Positions 46,593 through 57,213 of a stretch of 64,000 bases of DNA are shown here, in pieces (within the stretch, counting starts at the first letter, position 1; each line of letters begins with the position of its first letter). Where the stretch lies: assembly GCA_963674825.1 (NCBI GenBank), contig OY771587.1, positions 1,984,001 to 2,048,000 of the forward strand. Reading direction: 5' to 3'. The notes beneath the pieces are model-generated. The model ran no database searches and was not told where the DNA came from. It was given only the letters and a program-made list of their open reading frames with translations. The stretch comes from Candidatus Cloacimonadales bacterium. GTDB taxonomy: Bacteria; Cloacimonadota; Cloacimonadia; Cloacimonadales; JAIOQZ01. Both the position numbers and the translations under genes were made by a program.

Positions 46593-49288
46593 AGCAGATT
46601 TATCGGATACTGATAGCGGACGACGAACCTCATGTCCGGAGATCATTCGAAAAAGTACTGAAACGACACGAAAACCGTAACGAATTGCACGGTGAATTGC
46701 TGGAACTGGAAAAAACATTATTCAACGAAGCAGACAAACCCGAAGAGAGTTTCAGCTACGAAATAACTCTTTGCGATCAGGGAGAACAGGCGGTTCACGA
46801 GGTTGAAAACGCTCTTCGAGAAGACAGGCCCTATGCCATCGCGTTTCTCGATGTTCGCATGCCTCCTGGAATTGATGGTGTGGAAACAGGCGAACAAATC
46901 CGAGCGATGGATCCCGACATCGAGATCGTGATTGTCACCGCCTACTCCGATACCGATGTGGACGAGATTACACGGCGAATACCGCCGCTCGATAAACTCC
47001 TCTTCATTCTCAAGCCTTTCCATCCAATCGAAGTGATCCAGTTTACCGCTGCGCTGGCGACTAAGTGGCGCCATGGACGGTATCTGAAATCGCTGCATCG
47101 ACAGATGGAAGAGGAACTCAAATTCCGCGAGGACAATATCATGGTCCTCTACAAAAGGTTACAGGACGACATTCAGAAACGGAAACGTTATGAGAAGCAG
47201 CTGCGTCGCCACGCGATTGTTTTCGATACTATGGACGAAGCCGTTTTAATCTCGGACCTCGAGGGAAGGCTTCTCGACGCCAATCCGTCTTTCAGGAATG
47301 TCTATGGTTATGAGAAGGATGAGCTTCTTGGCAAGCGTCTTGACCAGATGCATCCCAATGGAGAAGAGGTGGTCGAAACGCTACTCGATAATCTCCGTAA
47401 AAATGGATTCTGGATCGGTGAGCTTCCCATTGTTCGCAAGAACGGTCGCAAGGGCTGGATCAAGCTGAATATCAAGGAATATCACGATCACGAGAACGAA
47501 TTATCCGGCTATATCAGTGTCAATCGCGATATCACCGAGAATAAACGTACTTTTGATATCCTGAAACAGCAGAAAAACCTGCTTGAGGACGTCTTTACGC
47601 GGATTCACGACGGAATTGGGATCGTTAACGAAAATGAGGAGTATATTTTCGTTAATCCAGCCATTGCGCGGATTTATGAGGTGTCCGTTGAAGAACTTCT
47701 CGGTCGTAATGTTATGGAATTCTGTAATGATGAGGGGAAGAAAACGATTCTTGATGAGACCATCAAGCGTAAAGACAAGCAAGTTACAACCTACAATCTG
47801 GATATCACCACCGCCAAGGGTAATAAGCGTGTTCTCCGGATAAGTGCATACCCCAGGTTTGATACAAATGGGACCTATCAGGGCGCTTTTGGGGTGTTGC
47901 AGGATATCACCGAGCAGCAACGCCTGCGCGAGCAGTTCCTTCAATCGCAGAAGATGGAGGCTATGGGCAAGCTTGCCGGCGGTATCGCGCATGATTTCAA
48001 CAACATCCTCACCGTTATCAACGGTAGCAGCGAGCTGCTTCGCTCGAAACTACCAGAGGACTTGCAGGAAGACTTTCTGGATGACATCGTGAATGCGTCG
48101 TTTCAGGCGAAACAGCTGGTTGATCAGTTGCTGCTCTTCAGCCGCAAGCAATCAATCAGTCCGGAGATTCTCGACATAAACAGCACGATTATGGAAATGC
48201 AGACTTTCCTCAAGCGCATTATTGGCGTGAATGTTCAGATCAAGATGGTGCTGGATTCCGAGCTGGGGTTGGTCGAAGTTGATTCGGGTCAGTTCAAGCA
48301 GATTTTAATGAACCTGGCAGTGAATTCTCGCGACGCAATGCCTACCGGAGGCATGATAACGATCCAGACCCGGAATATCACCATCGATGAGACGATGCAG
48401 GAAGCAATTCATGGTTCGAAAGTAGGCGATTATATAAGTTTCACATTCGACGACACGGGCGTCGGTATCCCCAAAAATGTGATAACGCACATCTTTGAGC
48501 CGTTTTTCACTACGAAGGCTTCCGAGCATGGAACCGGACTCGGATTATCAACCGTATTCGGCATCATCCAGAATCATGATGGATGGGTTAACGTCGAGAG
48601 TGAAGAGAACAAGGGAACGCGCTTTTCCGTATATCTGCCCAGAATCGACAGCGATTATGTTCAGGAAGAGCAGCGTCGGCATTTGGAGACCGAACTAAAG
48701 GGTCGTGGCGAATTGATACTGGTCGTTCAAGAAAACGCTGCGGTGAGAGAATTCACCGTGCAAGCGCTTCAGAGAAACGGCTACAAGGTTATGTCGGAGA
48801 GCAACGCGCAGGGTGCCCGAAAGTGCTGCGAAAAACATCGTGACGATATTGATATTGTGCTTGCCGACGTCGATCTGCCCGATTCGACCGGGATGTTCCT
48901 GCTCAGCGAGATCAAATCGCGGAAACCGGAGATGAAGATGATCCTGACTTCGGGGTATATCGGCGATAACGAGAAGCAGGTCTTGATCGACAACCTTCAT
49001 GTTCCGCTACTAAACAAGCCCTATACCGTTCACGAACTTCTTGTCGCGATCAAGCATGGCAGAAGCGCGGAATATGACCTTACCGAGTATTGCGAGCTTT
49101 TCGAAATTTGCGAATTTCTCAAGAACATGCCAGTTTCCCAGGAATACCTCAACGAAGGCTGGAAGCGGATGTTCTGCCGGACACTGGCCAAATCGGAGCG
49201 TTGCAAACGGAAAAGGTATTTCTTTGAGACCGGTAAGCAGCCTGAAAAGCACATGACGCCTACGGGACATATCATCAAGCCGGAATAG
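46589..49288 (+). CDS. Hybrid histidine kinase REC-PAS-PAS-HisKA-HATPase-REC
   Basis: LDVRMPPG, two PAS (DITE), AHDFNN, NLAVNSRDA, DTGVG, GTGLGL, C-terminal REC plus Cys-rich tail. Confidence 0.92.
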   Translation: MKQIYRILIADDEPHVRRSFEKVLKRHENRNELHGELLELEKTLFNEADKPEESFSYEITLCDQGEQAVHEVENALREDRPYAIAFLDVRMPPGIDGVETGEQIRAMDPDIEIVIVTAYSDTDVDEITRRIPPLDKLLFILKPFHPIEVIQFTAALATKWRHGRYLKSLHRQMEEELKFREDNIMVLYKRLQDDIQKRKRYEKQLRRHAIVFDTMDEAVLISDLEGRLLDANPSFRNVYGYEKDELLGKRLDQMHPNGEEVVETLLDNLRKNGFWIGELPIVRKNGRKGWIKLNIKEYHDHENELSGYISVNRDITENKRTFDILKQQKNLLEDVFTRIHDGIGIVNENEEYIFVNPAIARIYEVSVEELLGRNVMEFCNDEGKKTILDETIKRKDKQVTTYNLDITTAKGNKRVLRISAYPRFDTNGTYQGAFGVLQDITEQQRLREQFLQSQKMEAMGKLAGGIAHDFNNILTVINGSSELLRSKLPEDLQEDFLDDIVNASFQAKQLVDQLLLFSRKQSISPEILDINSTIMEMQTFLKRIIGVNVQIKMVLDSELGLVEVDSGQFKQILMNLAVNSRDAMPTGGMITIQTRNITIDETMQEAIHGSKVGDYISFTFDDTGVGIPKNVITHIFEPFFTTKASEHGTGLGLSTVFGIIQNHDGWVNVESEENKGTRFSVYLPRIDSDYVQEEQRRHLETELKGRGELILVVQENAAVREFTVQALQRNGYKVMSESNAQGARKCCEKHRDDIDIVLADVDLPDSTGMFLLSEIKSRKPEMKMILTSGYIGDNEKQVLIDNLHVPLLNKPYTVHELLVAIKHGRSAEYDLTEYCELFEICEFLKNMPVSQEYLNEGWKRMFCRTLAKSERCKRKRYFFETGKQPEKHMTPTGHIIKPE

Positions 49289-49305
49289 AGATTAGCGCGA
49301 AACAA

Positions 49306-51495
49306 CTATTTCAATAGCAGCATTCGGGTGGTCTGCTCAAGGCCGCCGGTTTGCAGCCGGTAGAAGTAAACACCGCTGGCGACGGGATTACCGCTATTGT
49401 CCGTTCCGTTCCATGTAGCGCAGTGGTCTCCCGCGTCTATTGGCTGGTCGAGCAAGGTCTTCACCAACTGCCCCCGGATATTATATACGTTAAGCCTTGT
49501 ATGTGTACGGTTCGGGATGCTGAACCGGATCGTTGTCTCCGGGTTGAATGGATTGGGATAGTTGGAGAGCTGAGGGCGAGGAGCCTCGACAACTTCGGAT
49601 TCATCGATTCCAAGAGCGGTCTCAACATCGAAAAGCAGCAATGACTTTTCATCCATAAGTAAAACATAGTGGTTATAACAATTGATATCGATGCACTCGT
49701 TCAGTAGCTCATAGCTCCCCGATAGATATGGATTGGCAGGATCAAGGGTTTTCATCACCCACATGGTGTTGTTCGCAGCACAAAAGAAGTTTTCAGAGGC
49801 AGAAATTGTAATTGCCGGGATGTTGTATGCTCTTATAAAAGCTGGATGATACGGATCATTGACATCAACAACATGTGTTGAGTAGAACCAATCTCCCCAC
49901 TCATCAATAGTATAAGCAATTGAATAGGCATACCCACCTGTTAGTGCAAGATCACAATAGGAATATCCTAAAGACGAATGACCCACGGGTTCGGGTTGAG
50001 CCGGATTGGAAACATTCACGATTTGGATGCTTCCGTTATATTCTGTTATATAGGCTAGATCGTCAATCACGTCAACCGAATTTCCATAATTTCCGCCCAT
50101 ATACGTTCCAACACATTCAGGTAAATCCGGAGCACTTACATCGTAGATAACTAACTCTCCTGAATAGTAATCATTGAAACAGCCTGCCATGTATAGGTAA
50201 TCTCCGCAAGCGTCGAGCCCTTTGAAATAGTGTAATGTGTTAATGGAATTCATATACACCGGACACGATGGACTGGAAATGTCGAAGATATGTATATCGT
50301 AATCCCATGGTGAATCAGTCATTTTTGTGACAAGAAACAGCTTGTCTTGCTCAGCTTCAATCATGATCCCATTAGCGTATTCACTATTTGTGTTTACCAA
50401 CTCTATTTCATTGATGTCATCTATTCTTAGCGTCACTAACCCTAAGATTTCGTCAGCACAATAGACATAGTCTCCATATGTATCAAAGCACTTCAGTTCT
50501 CCTTCCTCATCATATCCTCCGACCCATGTAATATTATTTCCATCGTGAAGATTGACAATTCCGAATCCATCTCCATAGGATCGTAAATATCCATACCCAT
50601 CAAGTATGGTCATTTCGTGACAGTTGTAATCCATCTCAAACGTTGATATCGCTTCCGGAGTGCATGGGTCGGTAATATCTATAACGGCTATTCCGTCATA
50701 ACGACAAACATATAAACGAAAATTAAGAATGCTTATGCTTTTACAATTTAGTTCAATGCTTCCAAGTATCTGCGGTTCATCCAGCTCACTGATATCGATC
50801 ATGTACAGGCTGTCAGGATCGACAAGGCAAACCAAATCGTCCCGAATCGCGACATCCTTAACGCTTTCATTGAGATTCAGATTGTTGATGATTTCTGGTT
50901 GCATTGGATTTTGTACATCAACCAGAATGAGTCCGTAATCGATTTTATTGAGGAAAACGATCCCGTCACTGACATCAAGTATGGTGATGTGACCATAAAG
51001 GTCAACACTGCCAACCAATTCTGGGTGTATTGGATCAATGAGGTTATGCACCATTAACTCGGGATACCAGTAGTTCCCTTGTAACACATACAGGAAACCA
51101 TCCTTTAGCTTTATTGATATTGCTTCATACTCGAAATGAAGGCTGTTTACTACATAGGGATTTGAAGGATTGCTTATATCGACAATGAATACGGTGTTAT
51201 AATAGTTGGATACATACAGATAGTTTTCGTGAATTTCGACCTGGCATATATATTCCTCAAAGACCAGGTATCCGACTTTTATCGGATTCGAAGGATTGCT
51301 AATATCGAGAACCGACAATCCGCAATTGGATCCAAGAAGGTACGCGTAATTACCCGATATCGTGTAGTCGATGATCGATGTAACCCAATGAAAGGGGTAT
51401 TCGTTTACCAGATCCACATGCCAGTTATCCTGAGCAAGCAGCATGGCGGACAATCCTAATATAAGCATCAAGGCAATAAGTGTGAGCTTCTTCAT
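49306..51495 (-). CDS. LVIVD-repeat secreted protein with FlgD-Ig CTD
   Basis: Repeated GL.V.D.SNP..P..VG units; ends NYPNPFNPETTI...RMLLLK; start MKK at 51495. Confidence 0.88.
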   Translation of the reverse strand: MKKLTLIALMLILGLSAMLLAQDNWHVDLVNEYPFHWVTSIIDYTISGNYAYLLGSNCGLSVLDISNPSNPIKVGYLVFEEYICQVEIHENYLYVSNYYNTVFIVDISNPSNPYVVNSLHFEYEAISIKLKDGFLYVLQGNYWYPELMVHNLIDPIHPELVGSVDLYGHITILDVSDGIVFLNKIDYGLILVDVQNPMQPEIINNLNLNESVKDVAIRDDLVCLVDPDSLYMIDISELDEPQILGSIELNCKSISILNFRLYVCRYDGIAVIDITDPCTPEAISTFEMDYNCHEMTILDGYGYLRSYGDGFGIVNLHDGNNITWVGGYDEEGELKCFDTYGDYVYCADEILGLVTLRIDDINEIELVNTNSEYANGIMIEAEQDKLFLVTKMTDSPWDYDIHIFDISSPSCPVYMNSINTLHYFKGLDACGDYLYMAGCFNDYYSGELVIYDVSAPDLPECVGTYMGGNYGNSVDVIDDLAYITEYNGSIQIVNVSNPAQPEPVGHSSLGYSYCDLALTGGYAYSIAYTIDEWGDWFYSTHVVDVNDPYHPAFIRAYNIPAITISASENFFCAANNTMWVMKTLDPANPYLSGSYELLNECIDINCYNHYVLLMDEKSLLLFDVETALGIDESEVVEAPRPQLSNYPNPFNPETTIRFSIPNRTHTRLNVYNIRGQLVKTLLDQPIDAGDHCATWNGTDNSGNPVASGVYFYRLQTGGLEQTTRMLLLK

Positions 51496-51675
51496 ATTTA
51501 CCCTCTCTAGCAAATAATTGCTAATGCTGGTTTATTTTTCGCAATGAAAAATGTATCTTGTCAAGGAATATTTATTCTCGCTTAAAATCCTTAATATGGT
51601 CGTGTGCGATGAGTGTGCTCTTATACCTGGGCATGCAGTAGCTTGAATGGCTAAATGTAAATCCGCCATAAAAAC

Positions 51676-52191
51676 TTGTTGCCTGAAAAGAACCGTCCCA
51701 AAATAGTTGCGACGATGAAGAATCACAACAGACTGATAATGAAATGGATGATCGTCCTGCTGCTGGTGTTGCCAGGCCTCGCGATTTGCGAGGATGGCTT
51801 CCAGACGGGCAAGTCGCCGGCGAAGGCCGCGCTGATGTCGCTGTTTGTACCGGGCGCGGGTCAGATCTACAATGAGAGCTATTACAAGGCTGGCGGTGTG
51901 ATCATCCTGGAAGGCGTGCTGATCGGCCTGCTTATCAACGACCATAACGAAGCAGAAAAGGCGTACGACCGCGCGAAGCGCTCCAGCGACGATGATTTCG
52001 ACTACTGGGCGGATCGCTATTACAAGTATTACGACCGCAGGCAGAACGATATGTGGTGGCTCGGTATCACCATGCTCCTTTCCGGCATTGACGCCTACGT
52101 GGATGCGCATCTCTATAATTACGAAACACTTCGAGAAGATATACATCTCAAGTTCGAAGACAACAAAGTAATGATTTCCTGGGAATTCTAA
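51676..52191 (+). CDS. DUF5683-like membrane protein
   Basis: KSPAKAALMSLFVPGAGQIYN...IDAYVDAHL; true start probably later (MKW). Confidence 0.75.
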   Translation: MLPEKNRPKIVATMKNHNRLIMKWMIVLLLVLPGLAICEDGFQTGKSPAKAALMSLFVPGAGQIYNESYYKAGGVIILEGVLIGLLINDHNEAEKAYDRAKRSSDDDFDYWADRYYKYYDRRQNDMWWLGITMLLSGIDAYVDAHLYNYETLREDIHLKFEDNKVMISWEF

Positions 52192-52213
52192 ACATAAGAC
52201 ACTGGAGGAAACC

Positions 52214-53707
52214 ATGTTGTTAAAATATGGACTGGTTGCCGCATACGGTATTATGATCATCGTGATCGGCATCATGGGTATGAAAAAGACCCGCAGTTTT
52301 AATGATTACTTTCTCGGCGGTGGTAAAGTAGGCGCGATTATGACGGCCTTTACCTACGGAACCGCCTACTTCTCGGCGGTTCTTTTCATCGGATTCGCCG
52401 GCAAGATCGGATGGGGATTCGGCTATTCCGGTATGTGGATTGCAGTAACCAACGCGATTATCGGTGTGCTGTTCGTGTGGTTGTTTGTTGGACCGAGAAT
52501 TAAAAGAGTCTCCACGCAGATGAAAGTCAGCACGATGGCTGAGTTCCTGGAAAGACGTTACAACAGCCGCATCATGCGATTCATGGCGGCAGTTTCGATC
52601 TTTATTTTCTTTGTACCCTATTCCGCCGCGGTCTTTATGGGCCTTTCGTATCTTTTTGAGACCAACTTCAACATGCCGTATATGTACGCGCTGCTTATAA
52701 TGGGTAGCTTGACCACTGTCTATCTGGTGATGGGCGGCTATAAGTCCATGACCATGATCGACGTGATCTTCGGCATCATCATGACAATCGGCGTTGTGAT
52801 CCTGCTTGGTTTTACGATCAACCGCGGTGGCGGTATCGCCAATATAACCAGTTCGCTTGCAGCGATCGATCCGAAGCTGGTCAAGCCTGTCGGTCCTCCC
52901 GGGATCTGGCCGCTACTGAGTTTGATCATGCTGACCAGTGTGGCTCCGTTCGCCATGCCGCAACTTATCCAGAAATTTTACGCGATCAAAGACGAGAAAG
53001 CAATCAAGAAAGGCCTCGTCGCTTCCACGCTTTTCGCACTGCTGATCGGCGGTGTGGCATACTTCTGCGGTGCGACAACTCGCGCGCTCCTGATGGATAA
53101 TACCGGCGAATTCCCCTATATGGATTCGCTTTATCTGAATGGCGTACTTCAGGTTGACCGCCTGATGCCTGAGCTGCTCACCAATATTATTCCTGAATCG
53201 CTTTCTATTATCATGCTCCTTCTGATCCTTTCCGCATCGATGTCAACGCTGGCTGCACTGGTGTTAATTTCCAGCTCTTCGATCGCGAAGGATATCTATG
53301 CCGGATTCATTAATCCGAATGTCCGGGATCGTACACTTACGTTGCTTATGCGTATAGGAAGTGCATTCTTTATCTTGCTTTCCGTGATTCTTGCCGCGAC
53401 AAAACCGGCGACCATTGTGAGTATCCTCGGAATCAGCTGGGGAGCGATCGGATCGGTGTTTTTAGGGCCCTTCATGTGGGGTCTGTTTACAAAAAAAGTC
53501 AACGATGTTGGTGCAATTTCTGCCTCTGTCCTCGGACTTGGCACGTGTCTTGTATTGTATGTCATGATGGGTCCAAGCTCATCACCGCAAGCCGGCTCCA
53601 TAGGCATGATTGTTTCGGTGGTAGTTTGCCCGTTATTCAGCCTGCTGAAACCGCGTAAGCTGATAAAGCCTGCTCACGAGATTTGGGAGAAGCATCATCG
53701 CGATTAA
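52214..53707 (+). CDS. Sodium:solute symporter family protein
   Basis: DYFLGG, SAVLFIGFAG, EFLERRY, SASMST; about 13 TM segments. Confidence 0.9.
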   Translation: MLLKYGLVAAYGIMIIVIGIMGMKKTRSFNDYFLGGGKVGAIMTAFTYGTAYFSAVLFIGFAGKIGWGFGYSGMWIAVTNAIIGVLFVWLFVGPRIKRVSTQMKVSTMAEFLERRYNSRIMRFMAAVSIFIFFVPYSAAVFMGLSYLFETNFNMPYMYALLIMGSLTTVYLVMGGYKSMTMIDVIFGIIMTIGVVILLGFTINRGGGIANITSSLAAIDPKLVKPVGPPGIWPLLSLIMLTSVAPFAMPQLIQKFYAIKDEKAIKKGLVASTLFALLIGGVAYFCGATTRALLMDNTGEFPYMDSLYLNGVLQVDRLMPELLTNIIPESLSIIMLLLILSASMSTLAALVLISSSSIAKDIYAGFINPNVRDRTLTLLMRIGSAFFILLSVILAATKPATIVSILGISWGAIGSVFLGPFMWGLFTKKVNDVGAISASVLGLGTCLVLYVMMGPSSSPQAGSIGMIVSVVVCPLFSLLKPRKLIKPAHEIWEKHHRD

Positions 53708-53749
53708 TCGTGGCTGAAAAGAGGATTTGCATTAACTGAGGAGAGAGAG

Positions 53750-56053
53750 ATGAACAAAATTACCTTTATAGCGATTGCTCTGCTAATATGCGCGTTTCTT
53801 CATGGCGCATTGCTCAGAGACATCCCAACGACCATCACGCAACCGGACGGCGAACAATTCAGCTGCTACGCAAGTGGCGATGAATTCTTCAACTACCTGC
53901 ATGATGAAAATAACTTCGCCATCATCCAGAGTCAGGACGATGGATTCTACTACTACGCCGTTCTTCAGAATGGAAAGCCGGAACCGTCGCAATATCGCGC
54001 ATTCAGCGTAGATCCGGCTTCGGTCGGTCTCACACCTGGTGCGGTGATTTCACAAGAAGCATATCAGCAGAGGCGCGAAGCGTTCCAAGCGACCATGCGT
54101 GACGACAGCCGTATGAATTCGATCGGTACAGTTCAGAACCTGGTTGTCTATATTCGTTTTGCCGACCAGACTGAGTTCACTGATCCGCGTACGTTCTTCG
54201 ATAACAAATTCAACGCTGAAACAGGATCCTTAGGCGCGTACTACGATGAGGTTTCCTACGGACAAATGGAAATCGTCAGCACGCACTATCCTGTCTGTGA
54301 CGAGACCACCAACTTGTCTTATCAGGATTCTCATCCGCGTTGCTATTTCAGTCCGTACAACGCGACAACCAACCCCACCGGCTATCAGAATCAGTCGCAG
54401 TATGCTCAGCGAGAGCATCAGCTGCTGGTTGACGCGATTACGTATATCGAAGATCAGGTCCCGGAAGATTTGATCATTGATAACGATAATGACAACCGTG
54501 TGGACAACGTATGTTTCATCATTCGCGGGCCGAATGACAGTTGGGCTGACCTTCTCTGGGCACACCGCTGGACGCTGTTCAGCTTCACCGTCTATATCCA
54601 CGGAAAGCGCGTTTATGACTACACCTTCCAACCTGAAACACAGAACGAAGTGAGTACGCTTTGCCATGAGATGTTCCACTCCGTAGGCGCACCGGACCTC
54701 TACCATTACAATGGCGGTTCGTTCGAATCAGTCGGTCCCTGGGATATCATGGACGGCGGTTCTGCTCATATGGGCGCGTACATGAAGTACAGATATAGCG
54801 ACTGGATCACCAACATTCCCGAAATCAGCGCTCACGGAACCTATACGCTGAATCCACTGATTGACGGGTATAACAACTGCTACAAGATCCCTTCGCCGAA
54901 CAGCAACACCGAGTATTTCGTGCTCGAATACCGCAAGAAAACTGTGGGAACATTCGAAAACATTCTGCCTTCATCTGGTCTGCTGGTATATCGTATCAAT
55001 ACACTGTACGATGGACAGGGTAACGCGAGTGGCCCTCCGGACGAGGTCTATGTGTATCGTCCCGGTGGTACAACCGAGGCTAATGGAACGCTCTCGATGG
55101 CGACATTTTCTTCCGATTATGGTAGGAGCGCTATCAATGACGAAACAAATCCGACTTGCTTCCTCAGCAATGGGTACGATGGCGGTCTTTTCCTGCATCA
55201 GATCGGTACTTGTGATGATCAGATCAGTTTTATCCTCTACCCGGAACTGGGATACCTCTCCGGAACCGTGTCAGCCGACCAGGGTGACCCTGACCTGACT
55301 GAAGTCGATATCATGATCGATGATCTCGTGTTCTCGCCGGGAGCTAATGGCGACTTCACGATTCCTTACTACGAAGGTACTTACGATGTAACCGCTCTGC
55401 TCGATGGCTATGTCCCGTCCGTGGCGACAGCGACAATCGTTCCGAACGATTTCACCGAGATCGAACTTCCACTCCAATTCCTCATGGGACCCTATGGCCT
55501 TGAACGTACACTGGATGGCAACGACGTCCACATGAGCTGGAATTTCGATAATGAAGAGAACGAGTTCTTCACCCATTACGCGATCTATATTCGAGCTACT
55601 TCCAACGCGTTCTCGCAGTTTGCAACAACGACGGAGACAAGCTTTGACGTAACGCTGGCACCGGTTCTCGACTACGCGTTCTACATCTGCGCGATCTATG
55701 AGAACGGAGTAAGTGCTCCGTCGAATACGATCTACGTGAGCTATCTCGATAACGAAGATCCCACAGCTCCGCAGCTTGAAACGGCTCTGATGGGTAACCA
55801 CCCGAACCCGTTCAATCCCAGCACGACCGTCAGCTTCTCGCTGGATAAAACCTCCGATGTTACCGTCGAGGTATTTAACCTGAAGGGACAGTTGGTGAAA
55901 ACCCTGGCGAGTGAGCGTATGACCGCCGGTTCACACACCATCGAATGGAATGGTGACGACAACTACGGCAAGAACGCTGCAAGTGGCGTTTACTTCCTCA
56001 AGATGAGTACTGATCGCTACAGCTCGACGAAAAAGATGCTGCTGCTGAAGTAA
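53750..56053 (+). CDS. M6 (immune inhibitor A) metalloprotease with FN3-like domain and FlgD-Ig CTD
   Basis: QPDG..GDEF propeptide, HEMFHSVGAPDLY, WDIM, EYFVLEYR; ends NHPNPFNP...KMLLLK. Confidence 0.92.
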   Translation: MNKITFIAIALLICAFLHGALLRDIPTTITQPDGEQFSCYASGDEFFNYLHDENNFAIIQSQDDGFYYYAVLQNGKPEPSQYRAFSVDPASVGLTPGAVISQEAYQQRREAFQATMRDDSRMNSIGTVQNLVVYIRFADQTEFTDPRTFFDNKFNAETGSLGAYYDEVSYGQMEIVSTHYPVCDETTNLSYQDSHPRCYFSPYNATTNPTGYQNQSQYAQREHQLLVDAITYIEDQVPEDLIIDNDNDNRVDNVCFIIRGPNDSWADLLWAHRWTLFSFTVYIHGKRVYDYTFQPETQNEVSTLCHEMFHSVGAPDLYHYNGGSFESVGPWDIMDGGSAHMGAYMKYRYSDWITNIPEISAHGTYTLNPLIDGYNNCYKIPSPNSNTEYFVLEYRKKTVGTFENILPSSGLLVYRINTLYDGQGNASGPPDEVYVYRPGGTTEANGTLSMATFSSDYGRSAINDETNPTCFLSNGYDGGLFLHQIGTCDDQISFILYPELGYLSGTVSADQGDPDLTEVDIMIDDLVFSPGANGDFTIPYYEGTYDVTALLDGYVPSVATATIVPNDFTEIELPLQFLMGPYGLERTLDGNDVHMSWNFDNEENEFFTHYAIYIRATSNAFSQFATTTETSFDVTLAPVLDYAFYICAIYENGVSAPSNTIYVSYLDNEDPTAPQLETALMGNHPNPFNPSTTVSFSLDKTSDVTVEVFNLKGQLVKTLASERMTAGSHTIEWNGDDNYGKNAASGVYFLKMSTDRYSSTKKMLLLK

Positions 56054-56077
56054 ACAGTTATTACGAATAATAGAAGT

Positions 56078-56109
56078 ACCCGCTTCACTGATGTGGAGCG
56101 GGTTTTTTT
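56078..56109 (+). terminator. Rho-independent terminator
   Basis: ACCCGCTTCAC-TGAT-GTGGAGCGGGT followed by T-tract. Confidence 0.8.
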
Positions 56110-56126
56110 ATAATGCTTCTATTTGT

Positions 56127-57044
56127 TTAGTAGTGCTTCTGGATATCTAAGGAGTGAAATAATAATTGATAAGAATTCATGCTGAGTTCGGCTTGATATA
56201 CAGGTATATTCCTTGCATCCGAGAGATGGATAAGTTCATTAACGTATTGATTCTTTAAATCACAGTTGCACCCTAAGTATATAGCGGTAACGACTTCTTT
56301 GTCATCGCAAAAATGCTTAATGCAATTGTCTTGGTCCGGCTTAGGGTTATTATTTACAGCAATGACAAGCCTATATTCATGTTCATAGCTCCAAGCTGTA
56401 GGTTTCTTAAAAAGTGCTATAAGTCCATCATGTGGATTCTTCGGTATCAGGCCAAATTTAGGATGAAAAGCAAAATCTAAATATGGGTAAGAATCATTGT
56501 ATTCAACTAGGCCATGGGCAAAAAAACAATTTGTATCTCTGTAGAATCTTGCAATAGAACCAATCAATTTGCATATATCAATTTCTATGCAAAAGCCTTG
56601 ATGCGAATGGCTGTAATTTGACCAAAGAAGTATACTATCTTTAAAGGTTGAGGTAGAAAAAACTCGGCATTCCTTTCTTAGTACAGTACTGGATCTGTCT
56701 GATAATTTTGTGCGGAGATTTGTTAGATCAACTTTCTCTTGAGAGAATTGTAGCTTTATCTTCATGCTGTCTTCTTTTGAAATACACGGTACAAACATAG
56801 AAGTAAGATTATGCCAGAACTCATTATCTATCTTACTGAACTGACGTGCAATTTCAGAGTTCTCAATGATTGGTGAATACATCAACTCGAACGGATCATT
56901 TAGATCGCTTGGTTGAGCAAAGTAGAATTCATTATCTCGTAACATGTTTAACGAATAATCATTATTGAAGCTATAGTATTTGTAAATCCTTTTTGACTTC
57001 ATTCGCAATTGATGCATGTCGATTTCTGTAAACTTCTTTTCCAT
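56127..57044 (-). CDS. DUF2971 domain protein
   Basis: LNDPFE, LLWSNYS.SH.GFCIE, K...WSYEHEYR, IYLG; AT-rich. Confidence 0.8.
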   Translation of the reverse strand: MEKKFTEIDMHQLRMKSKRIYKYYSFNNDYSLNMLRDNEFYFAQPSDLNDPFELMYSPIIENSEIARQFSKIDNEFWHNLTSMFVPCISKEDSMKIKLQFSQEKVDLTNLRTKLSDRSSTVLRKECRVFSTSTFKDSILLWSNYSHSHQGFCIEIDICKLIGSIARFYRDTNCFFAHGLVEYNDSYPYLDFAFHPKFGLIPKNPHDGLIALFKKPTAWSYEHEYRLVIAVNNNPKPDQDNCIKHFCDDKEVVTAIYLGCNCDLKNQYVNELIHLSDARNIPVYQAELSMNSYQLLFHSLDIQKHY

Positions 57045-57161
57045 GATATAATTATATTGTGCACAGCTTAGTGGTCAAGTAATAAATATCTATATATGTA
57101 CGTTGTGATTGTTGGGTTATAAATGAGTTCACATTGCCAGATTCATTGCCAGATTCATTAG

Positions 57162-57191
57162 AAAAAACCCCACCTCGTAGAAGTGGGGTTT
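57162..57191 (-). terminator. Terminator of the pgs operon
   Basis: AAAAAACCCCAC-CTCGTAGAA-GTGGGGTTT; T-tract on the minus strand. Confidence 0.7.
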
Positions 57192-57213
57192 GAATCCATT
57201 GTGGGACGAATCT

